Assembly (NCBI GenBank): GCA_963666975.2
Contig: CAXVYR010000003.1
Span: 1,248,001 to 1,312,000, forward strand
DNA length: 64,000 nt
Reading direction: 5' to 3'
Source: Terriglobia bacterium
GTDB taxonomy: Bacteria > Acidobacteriota > Terriglobia > 2-12-FULL-54-10
A program made the translations under genes and the position numbers. Positions 30,075 to 39,664 of the stretch are shown in pieces. Under the pieces are notes generated by a model. The model did no database searches. It had not been told where the DNA came from and worked only from the letters and a program-made list of their open reading frames with translations. Numbering within the stretch: the stretch's first letter is position 1; each line of letters starts with the position of its first letter.

Positions 30075-30959
30075 TCACAGTCTGATGGGCACCAAACTGA
30101 AGCAGAAAAGAAAAACCAGGCCCAGCAGAAAACCTACGGCCTGTCGGTTAGAGCCCAAGGGCAGGCCGTCGTCAAAAGAACGCGGGTGCTGGATGCCGAA
30201 AATGAGCAGCAACACAAGAAGAGGCAGCCAAACGAAGGTTTGGTTTACAACACAATAAAGGGCAAGACCTCCAAACATGGCCTGCGCCACCAGCCGGCTC
30301 TTGGCTCCGAACAGCGCGTGGGTGATGTGCCCGCCGTCCAACTGGCCGATCGGCAGCAGATTCAGCGCCGTGACAAACATCCCGGCCCAGCCTGCAAATG
30401 CCAGCGGGTGCAGCAGGAGGGAAACATCATCTCCCATACTTCCGTGCGCCAGCCAGCCCATGGCTTGAAACAGCAGGGGTTCTCCCAAGGAAATGGTGTT
30501 GGAGGGCATGGAACCTTCGGGTATGACTTTGGAAAGAGTAATCCCCAGATAAGTCAGGGGGATTGCGAGAACCAAGCCAGCCAGAGGCCCCGCCGCCGCA
30601 ATATCAAACAGCGCTCGGCGGTGCGGAATGAGCGGTGACATCCGGATGAATGCCCCGAGCGTACCGAAAAGCGAAAGCGGGAAAGGGATGAAATAGGGAA
30701 GGGTGACAGGTACACGGTAGCTTTTGGCCGTAAAATAGTGGCCGAACTCATGGGCCAAAAGGATGGAGAGCAGCCCGGCAGAAAAGATCTCTCCCCCTAC
30801 CATCACCGTGCTGCCGATTGTCAGGACAAACAACAAGACGTGCAGCCACAAACGGGGACGGGGCATGGGACGCGGCACGGGGAAGAGGGGAGCTTGCTGG
30901 CTTCCGTAAACTTCCACCCCGTTTGAGAATGTGGGCTCCACCGGCCGCATAGTCGACAT
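30075..30959 (-). CDS. Site-2 protease (M50) family
   Basis: HEFGH, AGP, NLLPIGQLDGGH; multiple hydrophobic segments. Confidence 0.93.
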   Translation of the reverse strand: MSTMRPVEPTFSNGVEVYGSQQAPLFPVPRPMPRPRLWLHVLLFVLTIGSTVMVGGEIFSAGLLSILLAHEFGHYFTAKSYRVPVTLPYFIPFPLSLFGTLGAFIRMSPLIPHRRALFDIAAAGPLAGLVLAIPLTYLGITLSKVIPEGSMPSNTISLGEPLLFQAMGWLAHGSMGDDVSLLLHPLAFAGWAGMFVTALNLLPIGQLDGGHITHALFGAKSRLVAQAMFGGLALYCVVNQTFVWLPLLVLLLIFGIQHPRSFDDGLPLGSNRQAVGFLLGLVFLFCFSLVPIRL

Positions 30960-31109
30960 CGTAACTAGTTTACACCATCCAGCTCGAAGCAGGCACCCAC
31001 TTCCGGCTGCCCGGACGGCAGCATCTTTCGCCTCCCATTCCTATGCGCTTGCAGCGTTTGACACCAGGCAGTTAAAGATGCTACAAATTAAGGCGTCGAA
31101 CCGATTTAC

Positions 31110-31185
31110 GGGCCTGTGGCGCAGTTGGGAGCGCGCTTCAATGGCATTGAAGAGGTCACGGGTTCGAACCCCGTCAGGTCCACCA
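31110..31185 (+). tRNA. tRNA-Ala(GGC)
   Basis: Acceptor GGGCCTG/CAGGTCC with G3:U70 pair, anticodon arm CTTCA-ATGGCAT-TGAAG, GGTTCGAACC T arm, encoded CCA. Confidence 0.97.
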
Positions 31186-31266
31186 TTCCTCCCTTTTTGG
31201 CGTACTCATATCAGGATGAACGGCTCTTCAATTTTGCAGTCCGGCTTGTCCGGAAAGAAGCGGGTA

Positions 31267-33107
31267 ATGCAACGCTGGTCCCTCGACGTTGGTGACAATG
31301 ATGCTGGAAACAAAAAGGTGCGGAGTTGTTTCTCAACAGGAGTCCGCTATTCCCTGCGATGTTTTCTGCTCGGTCTCTTCACTCTTATTCTCGCGCCCAA
31401 CACCGCACAGGCGCAAGCGCCTTCGCTGGTAGTCGGTCCGAATGCAATGTTTTTCGGCGATGAGCTGCCGGTCACACAGGTGCTTACTGTGGCCGGCGAT
31501 GGCGGACCAGTAACTTTTTCGGCAACGGCCTCGGTGACGACACCGGCAGGCAGCAACTGGCTGTCGTTCAGTCCAACTAGCGGCGTAACCCCGCTCCAAC
31601 TCTTCGTAACTGTCAACCCGACCGGCCTCAATATAGGGACCTATTTCGGGTCAATCACAATTGTCGGAGATGCCGGTAATAGCCCGCTGACGGTGCCCGT
31701 AACTCTGGGGGTAGGATCATTCATGGGCGGCGACCCCCCGGCGAGGCTTGTGGTGAGTCCGGTGTTCCTGTCTTTTCTCATCAAATACCAGGAGAAACGA
31801 TAGCTGATCCCCAGCCGCCGGAGATTATCGCAATCGTAGTCGGCGGCAGCGATCCCTCTCACGTTTTCACCACCTCCATCATAACGCAGGACAGCGGGAG
31901 TTGGCTCAGCGTCAGCCCGGCTACCGGGAGCACCCCAGGCACGCTGACCGCATCGGTTGACCCAGCGGGATTAGTTTCGGGAACTTATATTGGAGCCATC
32001 GCAATCGACTCGGATGCCCCCGCCAGTCCGCAAATAGTTATTACAGTACTTACCGTCCAGGAGTTGCCGGAAATAAGCCTGACCCCAACTTCACTCCGGT
32101 TCCTCACCCCGGCAGGGAGCGATCCGGAACCGCAAACTTTTCAGGTGAAAAACGTGGGCGGGGAAACGCTCGGATGGACGAGCGTCGTGGCCACGGAACC
32201 GCAAGGCAACTGGCTCGCGGTGAGTCCCGCAACAGGGGTGGCCCCTTCGACGCTGACGGTTTCGGTCAACTCGGCAGGCCTCAACGCTGGAACCTATACC
32301 GGAAGCATCACCATCACTGCGGTGGACAATGCCAGCAACAGTCCGCAGGTTCTTCCCGTGGAGTTATCCGTAGGAGTGCCTGCTATTGGCCGGAATGGGG
32401 TGGTCAACGGGGCCAGCTTCTCCACCGAAGCAGTCGTCAGCCCCGGCTCGATCTCTTCGCTGTTCGGCACAAACCTGGCCACAGAGACCGTGACAGCCGT
32501 GGAGTTGCCTTTGCCGCGGACGCTGGCCGGAACGCAGGTTCTGGTGAACGACCTCCCCGTCCCGCTATTTTTTGTCTCTCCGTTTCAGATTAACTTCCAG
32601 ATGCCGCCTGATGTCACCGGAACAACGGCTGAGATGGTGGTCGTCTCTGCCGGAGTGCGCGGATTGCCGGAGCCTGTAAGCGTGTCGCCGGAAAGGCCGG
32701 GGATATTTACTGCTGTCTCCGGCGGAACAGGACAAGGGGCAGTGCTGCTGGCGAATTCCGACGTGATCGCCGCGCCCAGCGGGAGCATCCCGGGCCGGAC
32801 GAGCCAACCGGTCGCGCGCGGAGAAATCGTTTCGATCTTCGCCACCGGCCTGGGCGCTACCGACCCGCAGAGCGAACCGGGCGAGCCAGCCGGAGCCTCG
32901 CCTTTGAGCAACACGATTACGACGCCGGAAGTGTTCATCGGCGACATCCCTGCCAATGTATTTTTCTCCGGCCTGGCTCCAGACTTCGTGGGCCTCTACC
33001 AAGTGAACGTGGAGGTCCCCGCAGGCACAGCGCCGGGAGCGGAAGTCCCGCTGGTGTTGATCCAGAACGGAATTTCTTCCAACACCGTCTCTATTGCTGT
33101 GCAGTAA
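31267..33107 (+). pseudogene. Secreted protein with three BACON-like repeats and a TIGR03437-like C-terminal domain, split by one frameshift
   Basis: Adding one T to the T4 run at 31773-31776 joins the two ORFs; three WLS.SP..G.TP repeats, VVNGASF, GLYQVN. Confidence 0.8.
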
Positions 33108-33376
33108 ACTGGGCCGGGATTCCGATTGCCTGCTGAAGCTTTCAGACTCTCTTCGCAGGCAAATTTATTGGCGAGTTCTTCGATTCGCGATGCTTAAATA
33201 GGTGTATAGTACTTCCCTAGAGTGGGAGATGCGCGCTTGGGATCGTACGGCGGTGATCGAACTCAATTGCATCACTTGGGAACTGTTCTCCGAGATCGAT
33301 ACTGTAGTATCCTCTTGCGCTGGATTCTGCCGAATCATTCACAACATTTGAAACCAAACATGAAGGAGCCACTGCA

Positions 33377-34270
33377 ATGGAACGGAAAAAGGCGACTGAT
33401 TTCCCGCAGGAGTTGCTGAACCTGTTTGACAAATACGTTCACGGCGATGTCAGCCGCCGCGGATTCTTGGATGGCGCGAAAAAATTCGCGGTAGGCGGCT
33501 TAACGGCTGCGGCCCTACTGGAGAGCCTCCGCCCGAATTTCGCTTGGGGGCAACAAATCGCTGAGGACGATAGCCGGCTCACGACCGAGCAGGTGACCGT
33601 GCCCTCGCCACAAGGAAATGGCAGCATCCGCGGCTACCTGGCTCGCCCCGCGAACGCCAGCGGAAAACTGCCCGGATTCCTGGTCATCCACGAGAACCGG
33701 GGTCTGAATCCTCATATCGAGGACGTAGCACGGCGTTTAGGCCTCGAGAATTTTATAGCCTTCGCGCCGGATGGCCTCACCTCTGTTGGCGGCTACCCGG
33801 GCGATGAAGACAGAGCAAGAGCGCTGTTCGGAGATGTCGACAGGGGAAAAATGACCCAAGATTTTTTGGCCTCGGCAAGCTGGCTGAAAGGGCGCTCCGA
33901 CTGCACCGGCAAGCTCGGCGTTGTTGGTTTCTGCTTTGGCGGCGGCATTGCCAACACGCTGGCCGTGCGGATGGGCGCAGACCTTGACGCGGCGATTCCC
34001 TTCTACGGCGGACAGCCCTCTGCCGCGGATGCCGCCAAGATCAAAGCGCCTCTCTTGCTCCACTATGCCTCCCTCGACGCGCGCATTAACGCAGGATGGC
34101 CCGATTACGAGAAAGCGCTGAAAGCGAATAACGTGACCCACACCGCGCATATGTATGAGGGTGCGAATCACGGTTTCCATAACGATACGACGCCCCGTTA
34201 TGACGAGGCCAATGCCAAGCTGGCTTGGCAGCGCACTCTCGCTTTCTCCAACAGGTATCTGCGGGGCTGA
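33377..34270 (+). CDS. Dienelactone hydrolase family (YghX-like)
   Basis: HENRGLNPHIEDVARR, GFCFGG nucleophile, HGFHNDTTPRY. Confidence 0.93.
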   Translation: MERKKATDFPQELLNLFDKYVHGDVSRRGFLDGAKKFAVGGLTAAALLESLRPNFAWGQQIAEDDSRLTTEQVTVPSPQGNGSIRGYLARPANASGKLPGFLVIHENRGLNPHIEDVARRLGLENFIAFAPDGLTSVGGYPGDEDRARALFGDVDRGKMTQDFLASASWLKGRSDCTGKLGVVGFCFGGGIANTLAVRMGADLDAAIPFYGGQPSAADAAKIKAPLLLHYASLDARINAGWPDYEKALKANNVTHTAHMYEGANHGFHNDTTPRYDEANAKLAWQRTLAFSNRYLRG

Positions 34271-34318
34271 TTCAACCCCTCGTTCCCTGAGGAGCTGAAC
34301 CCCGTCTCGTTCCAGAGA

Positions 34319-34360
34319 GGGACACTGGATTCCGGTCGTCGAGAATCCGGTGTCCCTTTT
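34319..34360 (+). terminator. Probable intrinsic terminator
   Basis: 14-bp stem GGGACACTGGATTC/GAATCCGGTGTCCC followed by TTTT. Confidence 0.65.
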
Positions 34361-34475
34361 CCTGCTTCTCTCTTCCCGGACACTTTCCCTGATTTTAGTA
34401 CTGCTGGAAATGTAAGCGCACCCGGACCGGCCCCTGGGAACTGGTGCTATCGGATCGTCGCGATACAATACACAG

Positions 34476-35114
34476 ATGGAATCTTCCCGTTTCACGCCTG
34501 CGGAGCGCGCAATCATCCGCCGACACCGGACACCTCGTCAGGTGCAGAGATGGCTTCGTGCGCTTCCGTACAACATGAATGAGCGTCGCGACACGCTGCG
34601 GACGTTTCGCAGCGTTGTCCGCACAGGAAAAGCGCACTGCCTGGAGGCCGCGCTCAGTGCCGCGATGATCCTCGAACAGCACGGATATCCGCCCTTGCTG
34701 CTGGACATGGAATCCCAGGACAACTTGGACCATGTGCTCTTCTTATTCCGAGGGCGGCAGGGCTGGGGCGCGGTGGGCCGGTCACGCGACCCGGGGCTGC
34801 ATGGACGCCGGGCTGTGTTCCCCGCCGTCCGGGATCTGGTTTATTCCTACGTCGATCCGTTCGTCGACTTCACCGGACGGATTACCGGGTACGGTGTATT
34901 CGATTTGCGCACCCTGGATGGCGCGGGAACCGACTGGCGCATCGGGCGGGGAGATGTCTGGGAGGTCGAGTCGACGCTGATTAAAATGCCGCACAAACCG
35001 CTGCGTTCATCGAACACGCGCTATCAGATGTGGCTTCGAAAGTACCGAGCCTACCGGGCGAGGCATGGTGAAAAGAAACCCGTCTATTATCCCGGCAAAG
35101 ATCGCTGGATGTAG
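34476..35114 (+). CDS. Hypothetical protein, possible transglutaminase/papain-like fold
   Basis: AHCLEAA and LDHV Cys/His motifs. Confidence 0.65.
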   Translation: MESSRFTPAERAIIRRHRTPRQVQRWLRALPYNMNERRDTLRTFRSVVRTGKAHCLEAALSAAMILEQHGYPPLLLDMESQDNLDHVLFLFRGRQGWGAVGRSRDPGLHGRRAVFPAVRDLVYSYVDPFVDFTGRITGYGVFDLRTLDGAGTDWRIGRGDVWEVESTLIKMPHKPLRSSNTRYQMWLRKYRAYRARHGEKKPVYYPGKDRWM

Positions 35115-35232
35115 CGCACGCGCAGTGGCTGTTCAAGAATAGTTTTCGCTCGAAAACGGTTTGAATGCGGCTACCGTTGACCGAGGACCGTTGACCTAGA
35201 ACGCTTTTTTCTTTCCCTTGGTCCCCGTAATC

Positions 35233-38200
35233 TCAAAATAGGAGTTTCAGTCCAAGCTGAAGCTGGCGAGAAGGCCCTGCGTTGAAAAGACGTCCGAAGT
35301 TGTTGGAACCGAAAATACGGCCCGGAGCGCCCACAAAATTGGTATGGTTGAGCAGGTTGAAAATCTCGGTCCTAAATTCCAACCGAGTTCCCTCGCTGAT
35401 CGGGATGTTCTTGAGCAGAGAGAAGTCAATTCTGCTTTCCCCGGCCTCGAAGACGAGATTTCTACCGGCATTGCCGAAGGTAAAGGGCTCCGGCATTTCG
35501 AAAGCCTCCGTATCGAACCAGCGTTCCGGAGTGCCGGAATCCAGGTTGGGGTTCCGCAAGAGATTCGGGCGCTGGGCCGGCCCGGCGCCGATGTTGGCAT
35601 TGTCGGAGCCGAGATTGACGGTAATAGGTGCGCCGGTTTGAAAGGTCCCAATTCCCGTGGCTGTCCACCCTTCCAGCAGCTTTCCCAGCCAGCCGGAAGG
35701 CTGGAAGGAGTGCCCCGGACCAAAGGGGAACTCGTAGGAATAGGTAAATACAAAGCGATGGCGATGGTCGAAGCTCGAAAGACCCTTCTCCGCCCCCATG
35801 TTTCTTACATCCTGCGGCAAATTGAACTCGTGGAAAGTAGGTCCCGGACTGGAGGCGTCATCAATCGATTTGGACCAGGTATAGTTGGCGTCGAACGTCA
35901 AGCCGCGAGAATACCGTTTTTCCAGCTTCAAGCTCAGTGAATTGTAACTGGAATAACCGTCCCAGCGGATGGTTCTAAAGCCGCTTAATTTCGGATTGGG
36001 ACGGCGGGTATCAATGTCCCCGGGACCAGGCTCTGGAACGTTCAGGAGCGTGCGGCTGTCGGCGCCCACCACTTTTGAGCCAAAGTAGGTGGCCTGCACC
36101 GCCCAGTTGGGCGACAACATCCGCTGCAGGCTAAAGGTCCAGGACTCGGCATATTCGGAGCGGTACTTATAATCCAAGCCGTCACCGCCGATGCTGCCGG
36201 TGGTGGGAGCCTGCAGAATGTTCTCGGTTGTCAGCGTAGGAATCTGAGTATCCGCAGCGGTGGTGACGCTCTTATTGAAATAAAAGGGAAGATTCAACGC
36301 CAGGCCCGTCTGAATGCCATATGCAGCCTGATTAAAAAACAGACCGAAGCCTGCACGCACCACCGTCTTTTCGGAACCGCGCGGCGACCACGCCAAACCG
36401 AAACGCGGCGCTACGCGGTGAAAGTTGGGCCGCTGCAAAGACCGGTCATAGCCGGCTTCTTTCGATGTGACGTAGGGCACGCCATTCTCGTCCAGCACGT
36501 TCAGCAAGGCATTGGCGTCCGGGTGAATATTTCCCTCATCATCGCTGGCGATGACGAAGCGGTCCAATTCGATGTTGGCAAGCCGGTTCCCCGTCTCCAC
36601 CATCTGTGTATTGATCTCGTAACGCACGCCGGCATTCACCGTCAGATTCTGATTCACCCGCCAGTCATCCTGCCCATAGAAGTGCATCCAGGTAGTGCGG
36701 CCATCTTCCTCTCCCCGGCCAATGCCTCCCTGGGCATTGGAGGGATAGCCCAGCAAAAAATCGGCAAAGGCGTTCCCGTCCGCCAAGCCTGCCGTCGAAG
36801 AAGAAAACCGGGGCGTAAAGGCGAAAGAGCCTCGGGTATTGGGGGAGGTCAGGGGGTTAAACCGCAAACGGTAGAAGTAAACTCCGAATTTCATGTTGTG
36901 GGAGCCACGGATCCAGGAAAGATTGTTGAAAAAGTCGAAGCTGTTGTTGCGGCGGCTGACCAGGCTGCCGGGATCTCCCATCGCGCTGTAGGCGTCGGAA
37001 AAACTGAAGGCGGGGAAGCCCGCTTTGCGCGGGTCTCGCGTCACGCCCTGCAGGCCGGACTGCCCGGCAAAATCAATCCCCTGGTTTTCACTCTCCTGTC
37101 CGCCGGTGACCCGAAGAAACCCGAAGCGGAATTCATTGATGAGGCTCGGGCTAAAAATATGCGTTTCACTTAGGGCGATGTTCCGAGTGAATGTTGTGAT
37201 TTCATACCCAAATCCCGGCACCAGAACTTCATTGAGATTGCTGTTTCCGAAAGGCTGGAAGGTGACAAAATTGGCGAAGTAGAAGCGCCCGAACAAACTG
37301 TCGTTCTGGCTCAGGTAATGGTCCGTCCGAACGATGAACTGATTGTGATCGTTCTTGAGGTTGGGCGAAGCGACAAAATTCTGCACTTCTCCGGGCAGGT
37401 TGGGGAGGGGCGCCTTCTCCAAGAAAGAACGCGCCACCGGATCCAGCCGGTCAGCCGGGATGCGGTTGCCAGGGAAGGGCCGCCGCTCTCCGGTGACGGG
37501 GTCCGTGGTTAAAGGATCATAAATAGTGGGCAAGCCGGAAAAATCCCCTGTGCGGACATTCTCCGAAGGCAAAGAGAACGTTCGGGTAAGGGTTCGACGC
37601 TCCCGGAATCCTTCATAGTTCAGAAAAAAGAAGGTCTGGTCCTTCTGGATGGGGCCGCCCAAGACTCCGCCAAACTGGTTTTGTCGCAACGGGGGTGGTT
37701 CCGAACCGGCAAAGAAATTCCTGGCGTCGAAAACGTCGTTTCTCAGAAACTCGTAGACGGAACCATGCAGGGAATTGCTGCCCGCCTTGGTGGCGGCATT
37801 GACATTGGCCGAGGCCTTTCCCCCGAATTCCGCAGCGTAAATGGATTTCTGAATCTTGAACTCCTGGATGGCATCGATTGAAGGAGAAGCCACCAAGTTA
37901 TTGAAATATTGGTCGGTAATAGAAACGCCATCCAGAAAATACATATTGTGTCCGGCCCGTTGTCCTCCGACCAAGACCTGCCGGCCCGTTTGTGCCAGGG
38001 CCGCTCCCCGGTTCCCAACCGGACTCAGGTATACGTTGTCGCTCAAAAGCGTGAGTTGCAGGAATTGCCTGCCATTCAACGGCAGATCCACGATTCGCTG
38101 ATTCGCAATCACCTCGCTCACCTCGGCGTTGGTCGTCCGCATGAGTGGAACCGCCTCCGTGACGGTAATCTGCTCGGTGACATCGCCCAATTCCATGACC

Positions 38201-38547
38201 ATGTCCACCCGCACACGGTCTCCCACTTGCAGGACAATGCCGGCGCGAATCTGGGTCTTGAAATTCGGCAGCTCCGCTCTGATTGCATACTCCCCTACAG
38301 CGAGGGCAGCGGCGACATAATTGCCGCTGCTATCGGTGGAGAGACGGCGCTCCTGACCGCTGGACAGGTTCGTGATCGTCAGGAGCACGCCCGGCAATAC
38401 AGCTTCGGAGGCGTCTTTCACTGTGCCCACAATTTCCGCCGCTGTGCCTTGAGCCCGTGCCACCGGTACGGCGAAAAGAATCGGAACAAGAAGCAAAACA
38501 CAAAGCCCTCTTCTTACCCTTTCCTTCGGCGACAAGTCTTTTCCCAT
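35233..38547 (-). CDS. TonB-dependent receptor with carboxypeptidase regulatory-like N-terminal domain
   Basis: Signal peptide, G.V.D, LPLNGR, IQEFK, RQNQFG, C-terminal RQLQLGLKLLF; GGAG RBS before ATG 38547. Confidence 0.92.
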   Translation of the reverse strand: MGKDLSPKERVRRGLCVLLLVPILFAVPVARAQGTAAEIVGTVKDASEAVLPGVLLTITNLSSGQERRLSTDSSGNYVAAALAVGEYAIRAELPNFKTQIRAGIVLQVGDRVRVDMVMELGDVTEQITVTEAVPLMRTTNAEVSEVIANQRIVDLPLNGRQFLQLTLLSDNVYLSPVGNRGAALAQTGRQVLVGGQRAGHNMYFLDGVSITDQYFNNLVASPSIDAIQEFKIQKSIYAAEFGGKASANVNAATKAGSNSLHGSVYEFLRNDVFDARNFFAGSEPPPLRQNQFGGVLGGPIQKDQTFFFLNYEGFRERRTLTRTFSLPSENVRTGDFSGLPTIYDPLTTDPVTGERRPFPGNRIPADRLDPVARSFLEKAPLPNLPGEVQNFVASPNLKNDHNQFIVRTDHYLSQNDSLFGRFYFANFVTFQPFGNSNLNEVLVPGFGYEITTFTRNIALSETHIFSPSLINEFRFGFLRVTGGQESENQGIDFAGQSGLQGVTRDPRKAGFPAFSFSDAYSAMGDPGSLVSRRNNSFDFFNNLSWIRGSHNMKFGVYFYRLRFNPLTSPNTRGSFAFTPRFSSSTAGLADGNAFADFLLGYPSNAQGGIGRGEEDGRTTWMHFYGQDDWRVNQNLTVNAGVRYEINTQMVETGNRLANIELDRFVIASDDEGNIHPDANALLNVLDENGVPYVTSKEAGYDRSLQRPNFHRVAPRFGLAWSPRGSEKTVVRAGFGLFFNQAAYGIQTGLALNLPFYFNKSVTTAADTQIPTLTTENILQAPTTGSIGGDGLDYKYRSEYAESWTFSLQRMLSPNWAVQATYFGSKVVGADSRTLLNVPEPGPGDIDTRRPNPKLSGFRTIRWDGYSSYNSLSLKLEKRYSRGLTFDANYTWSKSIDDASSPGPTFHEFNLPQDVRNMGAEKGLSSFDHRHRFVFTYSYEFPFGPGHSFQPSGWLGKLLEGWTATGIGTFQTGAPITVNLGSDNANIGAGPAQRPNLLRNPNLDSGTPERWFDTEAFEMPEPFTFGNAGRNLVFEAGESRIDFSLLKNIPISEGTRLEFRTEIFNLLNHTNFVGAPGRIFGSNNFGRLFNAGPSRQLQLGLKLLF

Positions 38548-38793
38548 CTCCGCCTCTCTGGTTCCGCCAGCGCCTAGTGCGAGTGCATGATCCCCGCACA
38601 CTACCAGACGCCGCTGACTCCGAAGAGCTGCTTGCAGTTTAGTTCAGTAAAACTTGAATGGGGGTCCCGCTTGCTATGCTGGGGAAAGGACCCACCCCAT
38701 AGTTTTTACTATATATTATTTCGTCAACCCAGTGTCAAGCCTCTAACCCTGCTGGGCACTTTCTGTGTCGATTTCTACAAGCAGCAAATAAAC

Positions 38794-38823
38794 TTGACAA
38801 CCGGGAAAGAACAACGCTAGGTT
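38794..38823 (+). promoter_or_regulatory. Candidate sigma70 promoter for the act operon
   Basis: TTGACA, 18-bp spacer, TAGGTT; a divergent TTGACA lies at 38738-38733. Confidence 0.45.
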
Positions 38824-39147
38824 CGTTTGCTTGGCGGAAACTGCAACAAATTTTGCCGTACCTAAGGTAACATTCCCTGTCCGCCGCCGTCATAGCGCAG
38901 TTCGCGAAGCGTTAAAAACAGCGTTGGCGGAAGACGAGGGGGAATGAGTAAAAGCTCACCCCGGAACGTCAGATCCATCCTCGGCGGGAGGATCAACGAA
39001 TTCAGCAATGGAGCGCCGGAGTCGGGACTGCTTTGGCTCACAAGTTGTCTCGCCGGATGAATCTCTGCGAACAGTGGCGCATCGTAATCCTGTGGGCGGG
39101 TCATCGAACGGCGCTGTGCCCGCTGTGTTTTGCTGGAACCACATGAG

Positions 39148-39654
39148 ATGAAAAGGTTCTCCAAAACGTTTCTGATCACCCTGCTGGTCACAGCGGTGGC
39201 GGTTCCCGGCTGGCTCCTCTTGAGGAGGCCCCAGCCTCCGGGGCCGGTGCAACCGATTGCCTTCAGCCACCGCGTCCATGCGGGCGACTACCAGATGGCG
39301 TGCCTCTATTGCCACACGACCGCCACGCGGTCCACGGTGGCGGGTGTTCCTCCCGTGCAGACTTGTTATGAATGCCATCGCGTGGTAAGCAAGGACAGCC
39401 CCGAAATCGTGAAGGTCCTCCAATACTGGGAACAGAAGCAACCGATCCCGTGGATTCGTGTTCATTCGCTCCCCGACTTCGTTTACTTCTCCCACAAGCG
39501 GCATGTCCTTGCAGAGGTTTCCTGCCAAACCTGCCATGGGGAAATCCAAGGGGTGGAACGGGTGCGCCAGGAATCCTCCTTGACCATGGGTTGGTGCGTG
39601 GACTGCCACAAGCAACGTAGCGCTCCGCTGGAGTGTTCCACATGTCACAAATAG
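39148..39654 (+). CDS. actA: Pentaheme cytochrome c, alternative complex III subunit A
   Basis: N-terminal anchor, QPIAFSH, five CxxCH motifs, MGWC. Confidence 0.9.
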   Translation: MKRFSKTFLITLLVTAVAVPGWLLLRRPQPPGPVQPIAFSHRVHAGDYQMACLYCHTTATRSTVAGVPPVQTCYECHRVVSKDSPEIVKVLQYWEQKQPIPWIRVHSLPDFVYFSHKRHVLAEVSCQTCHGEIQGVERVRQESSLTMGWCVDCHKQRSAPLECSTCHK

Positions 39655-39664
39655 GAACTTGAAT

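Noticed and set aside
30931-31266. 5' extension of the 290-aa ORF
   Set aside because: It runs through tRNA-Ala and overlaps the divergent protease start; the signal peptide begins after 31267.
31170-35230. Genomic island integrated at tRNA-Ala
   Set aside because: No integrase and no duplicated tRNA 3' end found by eye; the 10-bp CCCCGTCAGG match to the IS left end is within chance.
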